Positions 43,571-48,443 of a DNA stretch of 48,443 nucleotides are shown here, piece after piece. Under the pieces are notes generated by a model. The model did not search any database, was not told the DNA's origin, and saw only the letters and a program-made list of their open reading frames with translations. This DNA comes from Candidatus Berkelbacteria bacterium CG10_big_fil_rev_8_21_14_0_10_43_13. GTDB lineage: Bacteria; Patescibacteriota; UBA1384; XYA2-FULL-43-10; 1-14-0-10-43-13. The stretch spans positions 1 to 48,443 of the forward strand of contig PEZW01000006.1 of NCBI GenBank assembly GCA_002773985.1, in the 5' to 3' direction. Both the position numbers and the translations under genes were made by a program. Position 1 is the first letter of the stretch; every line of letters starts with the position of its first letter.

Positions 43571-43587
43571 GCCCCACCAAACAAATT

Positions 43588-44307
43588 TCAAATCAGTTCT
43601 CGTCTACTCGAATTTAATTGATTAGCATTAAGCTTAAGCAAGAAAATTAAATCATCTATCATCTTATTTTTGACATAGTTTTTTTGTTTCGTGTCCAATA
43701 CCTCTCCCAAACCGTGAAGAATGTTGAGTGACTTTTCGTTTTTTTCGAGATAACCAAGCAACTTCTCAAAATATTTTGATACTTTAATACCAGTGCGATT
43801 TTCGATAATCTCTTTTTTTATCGACCACTGTTTGTCCAAAAAAAACCAGGCGTCAAACCAATCACGATTGACCATTTTTTTACGACCGAGAACAGCCACA
43901 AGTTTGTTCGCAAACATACAATCTTGATCCATTACCAGTATCGGCAGACCGAAATACTCGAGAAGTTGATAAGTGTTGTCAATATATGTTTTTCTTGAGA
44001 TTTCGATCTTAATATTATGCTCGCCTTTTTTGTACGAAACGAGAAAAAAGATGGTTTTTTCTTTTATTTGTTCATCCTTAATCTCGCCATACTTTGAGCA
44101 AATTGCTTTTACTTGATTAAAAATTTTTTTATTGTCTCTATCATCCAAAAGATCAAAATCCAGGTCAGTCGAAAATCTAGGCAACCCATAAAAAAGATAC
44201 GCTGCGGTACCGCCCTTGAATCCAAGCTTTTGACGTAGCTCTGGCTCGCTGTAAATATCAACCAATATTCTTGTCATCAAATTTTCATGCAGAGATCTAT
44301 CAAGCAT
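43588..44307 (-). CDS. AbiEii/AbiGii-family nucleotidyltransferase toxin (type IV TA / abortive infection)
   Basis: FKGGTAAYLFYGLPRFSTDLDFD core. 8-nt overlap with the upstream AbiEi-like gene. Confidence 0.85.
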   Translation of the reverse strand: MLDRSLHENLMTRILVDIYSEPELRQKLGFKGGTAAYLFYGLPRFSTDLDFDLLDDRDNKKIFNQVKAICSKYGEIKDEQIKEKTIFFLVSYKKGEHNIKIEISRKTYIDNTYQLLEYFGLPILVMDQDCMFANKLVAVLGRKKMVNRDWFDAWFFLDKQWSIKKEIIENRTGIKVSKYFEKLLGYLEKNEKSLNILHGLGEVLDTKQKNYVKNKMIDDLIFLLKLNANQLNSSRRELI

Positions 44308-44884
44308 AAGCCTCCTTTAGTTTTTTAACTTTTTCCAATACTTTAGAACTTTGATAAATATTCGCTATCGCAAGACATTTATCCCAATCGACATTGGATA
44401 AATTATCAAAGGCAAAGCCTGACCATAAATATATTAGGTCTACAATCGCTCGCTCTTTAGTTGAAATTGTTTTGTCTCCTAGAAACCTTAACCCAAGTGG
44501 ATTTAGTAGTACCGAATCTTTGATTTTCAAATATACATATTCCGTTTCACCGACAACTATCGTTCGACTTTCCCTAGATACAGAGAAGACTCTCGAGTCA
44601 TATTGAAAGTTAACCCCCTCACGCGCCAGCACTGAGTACAATCCGAAATATGAGGGCACAATCATCTTGTTGGCCAACTCTACTACATCGTATTTACCAT
44701 CGAGGGCATAAAATCCCTTGCGAATAAAATATAATTTTTCTGATTTGAGATAACGATTGATCTTTGTCTTTAGATAATTTGAATTGTCAATTTGCCAGAT
44801 CAAAGCCAAATCTTTTATTGAAAAGACTGTTTTGTTGCTCTTGTACAGCGACACAATCGCATTTTCTTTGTTTAGTGGCGTCAT
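44300..44884 (-). CDS. AbiEi-family antitoxin/transcriptional regulator
   Basis: N-terminal wHTH-like region plus VPSYFGLYSVLAREGV segment, typical of AbiEi. Gene order is AbiEi-AbiEii. Confidence 0.78.
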   Translation of the reverse strand: MTPLNKENAIVSLYKSNKTVFSIKDLALIWQIDNSNYLKTKINRYLKSEKLYFIRKGFYALDGKYDVVELANKMIVPSYFGLYSVLAREGVNFQYDSRVFSVSRESRTIVVGETEYVYLKIKDSVLLNPLGLRFLGDKTISTKERAIVDLIYLWSGFAFDNLSNVDWDKCLAIANIYQSSKVLEKVKKLKEAYA

Positions 44885-44949
44885 AGATAAGTTATCAATT
44901 ATGATTACTTATATCTTACGCTAATATTTATGTCTTGTCAATAGCACAC

Positions 44950-44979
44950 AAAAAAACACCGCTTTCGCGGTGTTTTTTT
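44950..44979. terminator. Bidirectional intrinsic terminator
   Basis: A7-CACCGC-TTTC-GCGGTG-T7. Related hairpins lie at 45984-46008 and 46957-46982. Confidence 0.75.
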
Positions 44980-44997
44980 CTTCTCCTCGAGCTCTTC

Positions 44998-45066
44998 CTC
45001 CCCTCTCCGAGGGGAGGCTAGAGCCTGCCCTGAGCGAAGCAAGGCGGAGCCGAATGGGTGGGGTGC
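44998..45066. repeat. Family-2 hairpin repeat with a nested insertion
   Basis: CCTCCCCTCTCCGAGGGGAGGCTAGAG-[CCTGCCCTGAGCGAAGCAAGGCGGAGCCGAA]-TGGGTGGGGTG. Confidence 0.7.
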
Positions 45067-45070
45067 AACT

Positions 45071-45172
45071 TTATGAACTTTCTAACTTTACAAACTTTTG
45101 AACTTTCCACTTTATGAACTTTCTAACTTTACAAACTTTATGAACTTTATGAACTTTATGAACTTTCCAACT
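45071..45172. repeat. Degenerate tandem word tract (TTT-N2-3-AAC units, 7-9 bp)
   Basis: TTTATGAAC TTTCTAAC TTTACAAAC TTTTGAAC TTTCCAC ... TTTCCAAC. Followed by the conserved block TATAGACTCTCT..GAGAGGAGTTGGCAG (45173-45215, also at 47237-47283). Confidence 0.85.
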
Positions 45173-45227
45173 ATAGACTCTCTTTGATCTGCGAGCGAAA
45201 TGAGAGGAGTTGGCAGTAGTCAAAAAA

Positions 45228-45554
45228 TCAAGCAATCTTAATACCGTGCTTTTTTATTTCATAAGTCATTATTGAGTCCTCATCTTCAAATTCTTTGGGT
45301 GACAGACCATGCGGCTCGATCCGAAGATCGACATCAAATCTCAGTTTTCCGAGTTTAAAGCGATTTTGAAACCATTTTTTGACGTCTACTTCGTCAAATT
45401 TATCGGAGATTACGGCGATATCAATATCACTTTCCTCATCAAAACTGCCCTTGGCAAAAGAACCAAAAAGATAGATCTGTTTAAACGGAAAATGATTCTG
45501 CCGCAGATGTTGGGCATATCTTTTGCCTATTTGTTTTGCTTCAGTTGTTGACAT
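45228..45554 (-). CDS. MNT-type nucleotidyltransferase (HEPN/MNT module, pair 1)
   Basis: GSFAKGSFDEESDIDIAV (GS...DxD) motif. Overlaps the HEPN gene by 28 nt. Confidence 0.85.
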   Translation of the reverse strand: MSTTEAKQIGKRYAQHLRQNHFPFKQIYLFGSFAKGSFDEESDIDIAVISDKFDEVDVKKWFQNRFKLGKLRFDVDLRIEPHGLSPKEFEDEDSIMTYEIKKHGIKIA

Positions 45555-45934
45555 AATTTTTCTTTCAAACTTTTAACTTCACTTAAATATTTTTGGGTTA
45601 TTTCTCTAGTTGCAAATTTATAAGCTCGGTATTTAATTTCCGGATATCTGGCTTCCAAATTAAAATCGTTTATTTCACTTAATAGATTGTTCTCTTTTTT
45701 ACTTAATTTCAAGCTGGCACGGACTGCCAACTTCGATAAATCGTGAATTTTTGGCGCCTCCTCTTGGCTTGTTCGGACGATGTGAGCCTTGAGCACTTTT
45801 TCCAAAATCAAATGACCGAGAAACAATGTCCAGACAAAATGGCCAAGCTTGAACAGACCGTCCATCACCGCAACATCATTTTCAGCACTTTCTAACCAGT
45901 ACTCAATCAATTTTTGAACTCTTTTCCTGTCCAT
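45527..45934 (-). CDS. HEPN-domain protein (pair 1)
   Basis: MDRKRVQKLIEYWLESAENDV...HLILEKVLKAHIV...APKIHDL...ARYPE helices. Upstream ORF-track codons (to 46042) run into the repeat array. Confidence 0.8.
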   Translation of the reverse strand: MDRKRVQKLIEYWLESAENDVAVMDGLFKLGHFVWTLFLGHLILEKVLKAHIVRTSQEEAPKIHDLSKLAVRASLKLSKKENNLLSEINDFNLEARYPEIKYRAYKFATREITQKYLSEVKSLKEKLCQQLKQNK

Positions 45935-46014
45935 CTTGGCAAGATTATAGCATATTTTGCCAGAAAAAAATATATTGTCATACAAAAAAACACCACTTTC
46001 GCGGTGTAGTAAAT

Positions 46015-46143
46015 GTAGCCCACGCTTTAGCGTGGCTAGCAAACTAAAGTTTGCGCTACGGGGGTATTGTAGTCCACGCTTTAGCGTGTGTTCAAGCTGA
46101 GGCTTGATCTACATTTCAATCCGTAGCCCACGCTTTAGCGTGG
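46015..46143. repeat. REP/BIME-like array A: five alternating GTAG-hairpin units, 54-bp period
   Basis: GTAGCCCACGCTTTAGCGTGG at 46015, GTAGTCCACGCTTTAGCGTG at 46069, GTAGCCCACGCTTTAGCGTGG at 46123. The two 33-nt intervals each contain an inverted GTAG hairpin (rc GTAGCGCAAACTTTAGTTTGC; rc GTAGATCAAGCCTCAGCTTGA). Confidence 0.85.
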
Positions 46144-46192
46144 TGCAACCTTATAAACTTTCAAACTTTCTACTTTATAAACTTTCTACTTT

Positions 46193-46570
46193 CTAAAGCA
46201 ATTTCATCAAAATAAATTTCTTATATCGATTTGCTAAATTCTTGTCGAATGTCACAAAGGTTTTGCAATTATTTACAACGGCACATGCAACCTGAAGTGC
46301 GTCTTCAAAATCATTGCCCTGGATATTGTGAACGGCCCACATCACTTCAGCATTACCACAATCAGTAACACGGTGGCTCTTTAACAATCCAAGCAAGACT
46401 TCTAGAGATATTCCGTCTTTCTGACCGAAGTAAACAAACAGGTGCGCTGTTAACGGCGAGATTACAACATCATGCGAGGCAATATATTTTTGGGCCTTTT
46501 CCGCGCCTTTACGATCTTTTAGAAAAGATTCCAGTAAAACATTGGCATCAACAAAAACAGAGTTATTCAT
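46193..46570 (-). CDS. vapC: PIN-domain toxin
   Basis: MNNSVFVDANVLLE start (ATG 46570) overlapping the antitoxin stop. C-terminal FEDALQVACA...TFD. The ORF-track extension to 46738 is out of frame within the antitoxin gene. Confidence 0.8.
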   Translation of the reverse strand: MNNSVFVDANVLLESFLKDRKGAEKAQKYIASHDVVISPLTAHLFVYFGQKDGISLEVLLGLLKSHRVTDCGNAEVMWAVHNIQGNDFEDALQVACAVVNNCKTFVTFDKNLANRYKKFILMKLL

Positions 46571-46865
46571 GATCACTCTTATACTTTGGGTTATTATCAA
46601 GCATGTTGTGATAAAGCTCTTTGACTGATTTAGCGGAATCAAGCTCGGATTTTCGTGAAGTCTTGTTGACCTCACGAACTTTTGCAACATACGCCTGCAT
46701 AGCTGACAAGCTACCGGGTTTTTCAAAGACCTTTCCATCGTAGTCCGGCTGGATCACAAAAGCGGACCTGGATCGGTAGGTCACTTTGATAGACTCTCCT
46801 CTACCGACTCTCTTCACAATTTCATCAAGATTGTCTCTTAGGTTTTTTGCTGTAATAGTTTTCAT
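46563..46865 (-). CDS. Phd/YefM-type antitoxin
   Basis: MKTITAKNLRDNLDEIVKRVGRGESIKVTYRSRSAFVI N-terminus is typical of Phd/YefM. Coupled to the PIN gene. Confidence 0.7.
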   Translation of the reverse strand: MKTITAKNLRDNLDEIVKRVGRGESIKVTYRSRSAFVIQPDYDGKVFEKPGSLSAMQAYVAKVREVNKTSRKSELDSAKSVKELYHNMLDNNPKYKSDHE

Positions 46866-46984
46866 AGTTGAAGTTTAACTTAAACTTAAACTCTTGTCAA
46901 GGGATTATTCTATTGTCAACCCATTGTCAACCACCCCATCATTTTTATAACACAAAAAAACACCACTTTCGTGGTGTAGTATTT

Positions 46985-47143
46985 GTAGCCCATACTTTCG
47001 TATCGGCCGGAAACGTGGGTGAAGATGAAGCGTGACTAGCAAACTAAAGTTTGCGCTACGGGGGTATTGTAGTCCACGCTTTAGCGTGTGTTCAAGCTGA
47101 AGCTTGATCTACATTTCAATCCGTAGCCCACGCTTTAGCGTGG
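46985..47143. repeat. REP/BIME-like array B (first unit carries a 30-bp insertion)
   Basis: Same five units as array A with near-identical intervals. Units at 46985 (expanded), 47069 and 47123. Confidence 0.85.
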
Positions 47144-47149
47144 TGCAAC

Positions 47150-47236
47150 TTTACAAACTTTATGAACTTTATGAACTTTCCAACTTTATGAACTTTCTAA
47201 CTTTACAAACTTTATGAACTTTATGAACTTTCCAAC
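47150..47236. repeat. Degenerate tandem word tract (TTT-N2-3-AAC units)
   Basis: TTTACAAAC TTTATGAAC TTTATGAAC TTTCCAAC TTTATGAAC TTTCTAAC ...; homologous to 45071-45172. Confidence 0.85.
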
Positions 47237-47336
47237 TATAGACTCTCTCTCTGATCTGCGAGCGAAATGAGAGGAGTTGGCAGCTGTTTACCCTGAGCAA
47301 AGCCGAAGGGCTGTCGCACCCTAGTAACTGCTCACT

Positions 47337-47528
47337 GTCATTCCCGCCCCGTATCAGAGTACGGGGTAAACTCCGGCGGGTCATCGACTCTGAGGGATGA
47401 GCCCTCAGGCTCAGACTCGAATGGGAATCCAGACAGCACAATCGCGACCAAACCTCCCTGCCTTGCCGGCAGGCAGGCTGGATCCCCGGGCTTCACTCTC
47501 AAGTTACACCGTCGAACCCGAGGATGAC
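47337..47528. repeat. Nested cluster of family-1 palindromes
   Basis: GTCATTCCCGC...GGAATCC hairpin interrupted by CCCCGTATCAGAGTACGGGG and by the 17789-type repeat. Then GGATCCCCGGGCTTCACTC...CCCGAGGATGAC. Confidence 0.8.
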
Positions 47529-48000
47529 AAAGAAGATGACTGAGCAGTTACGTACCCTGCCCTATTTTCAGAATGAAAAATATGCTATGATTATCATCAA
47601 GATGGAAGAAGAAAGAACAAAAAAATCAGTTGATTACTGGCTCGAAACCGCAGCCGATGATTTAGTCACTGTCGAGGCCTTGTTCCAATTAAAACGCTAC
47701 GTCGGAACACTTTTTTGGGGACACTTGCTGCTGGAAAAAATTTTAAAGGCCCACGTTGTCAAAATCACAAAAGCAGAGGCTCCTTATACCCACGATCTTC
47801 TAAGACTGGCAAAACTAGCCAAGCTTGATTTGAGCAAAGAAGACGAGGACCTGCTTGACGCAGTAAACAGATTCAACATCCGAGCCAGATATCCTGATTA
47901 CAAGCTGGCTATTCACAAAGAAGCAACCGCAAAATACACTAGAAAATACGTTGTCAAAATTAAAGTGTTGTATGAGAATTTATGTCAAAAGATCAAGTAA
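47524..48000 (+). CDS. HEPN-domain protein (pair 2)
   Basis: Paralog of 45527..45934 (SVDYWLETAADDL...HLLLEKILKAHVV...APYTHDL...ARYPD). ATG 47524 lies in a repeat end. ATG 47602 (MEEERTKK) matches the paralog start. Confidence 0.8.
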   Translation: MTKKMTEQLRTLPYFQNEKYAMIIIKMEEERTKKSVDYWLETAADDLVTVEALFQLKRYVGTLFWGHLLLEKILKAHVVKITKAEAPYTHDLLRLAKLAKLDLSKEDEDLLDAVNRFNIRARYPDYKLAIHKEATAKYTRKYVVKIKVLYENLCQKIK

Positions 48001-48299
48001 AAAAAATTGTAAAAATTTATGCCGACTATCTGATCCGACAAGGTTTTGCATTTCAGAGTATTTATTTATATGGATCATATGCTAGGGGTAACGCTCATGA
48101 GTGGAGTGATATCGATGTCGCCGTCATTTCGCCAAAATTTGCCGGCAAAGACTGGGATGAAAACGAACAACAGCTTTGGCGCTGGAGACGTGATATAGAT
48201 ATTCGTATCCAGCCTCTTGGTTTCTCACCTGATGAATTTGAAAAAAATCTCTCTCCCCTCATTAGCGAGGTCAAGAAAACCGGAATCAGAATTAAATAA
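47982..48299 (+). CDS. MNT-type nucleotidyltransferase (pair 2)
   Basis: GSYARGNAHEWSDIDVAV motif. 19-nt overlap with the HEPN gene. Paralog of 45228..45554. Confidence 0.85.
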   Translation: MSKDQVKKIVKIYADYLIRQGFAFQSIYLYGSYARGNAHEWSDIDVAVISPKFAGKDWDENEQQLWRWRRDIDIRIQPLGFSPDEFEKNLSPLISEVKKTGIRIK

Positions 48300-48351
48300 T
48301 AGTCTGTATTTTGAATCTCTAGCTTATAAGATTAAATTCTACTTTTTAATC

Positions 48352-48443
48352 GTAGCTCACGCTTTCTTGTCGGCCGGAAACGTGGGTGAAGATGAAGCGT
48401 GACTAGCAAACTAAAGTTTGCGCTACGGGGGTATTGTAGTCCA
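48352..48443. repeat. REP/BIME-like array C (cut by the window end)
   Basis: Expanded first unit as in array B, inverted GTAG hairpin, then GTAGTCCA at 48436. Confidence 0.8.

Noticed and set aside
46015-46143. CRISPR-like geometry: 21-nt repeats with 33-nt spacers at a 54-bp period
   Set aside because: There are only three repeats. The same 'spacers' recur identically at 47036-47122 and 48407-end. Each spacer is itself an inverted GTAG hairpin. No cas genes are present. The array fits REP/BIME organisation, not an adaptive array.
47169-47441. 90-aa minus-strand ORF in the repeat cluster
   Set aside because: It is composed entirely of word tract and palindromic repeats. Its SSLSLRAHPSES peptide is the same repeat translation seen at the rsmI tail.

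Overview
48.4-kb chromosomal fragment of a moderately AT-rich bacterium. It uses the standard genetic code: TGA acts as a stop, for example at the end of metG. The gene content and style suggest a reduced-genome, CPR/Patescibacteria-like organism. This rests on compact housekeeping genes, type IV pilus parts, many orphan ORFs and dense toxin-antitoxin modules; the lineage call is inference only.

Recognisable content:
- A copper-handling cluster: permease-cupredoxin protein, copA, a DUF411 protein, and a relic of a second ATPase.
- A DUF1858 protein and an FAD oxidoreductase.
- An Rrf2 regulator with a hemerythrin/DUF438 protein.
- tatD, an EamA-type transporter, metG, rsmI, an Nramp transporter, rsmA and a G5/3D wall protein.
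- pcrA, dnaB and dnaX.
- An HU-GspE fusion, a receiver domain and a PilX-like protein.
- tRNA-Gln, tRNA-Glu and a truncated tRNA-Glu.
- A GT4 glycosyltransferase, gltX and yraN.
- Toxin-antitoxin modules: two AbiE-type pairs, two PIN pairs and two HEPN/MNT pairs.

What stands out is not the core genes:
1. Seven short GC-rich islands, each the size of a transcription unit, encode orphan proteins (one is a B12-type radical SAM enzyme). They are wedged between housekeeping genes, and each has its own SD and closing hairpin; six also have a TTGNNN-17-TANNNN promoter.
2. Several palindromic repeat families fill the intergenic DNA and are also inserted in frame into essential genes (metG, rsmI, rsmA, pcrA, dnaX).
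3. One hairpin repeat carries a self-occluded Shine-Dalgarno sequence and supplies the RBS of at least three genes.
4. GTAG-hairpin (REP/BIME-like) arrays with an exact 54-bp period separate the TA cassettes at the right end of the window.
5. Degenerate 7-9-bp word tracts are pervasive.

All composition statements are by eye. No database search was possible.
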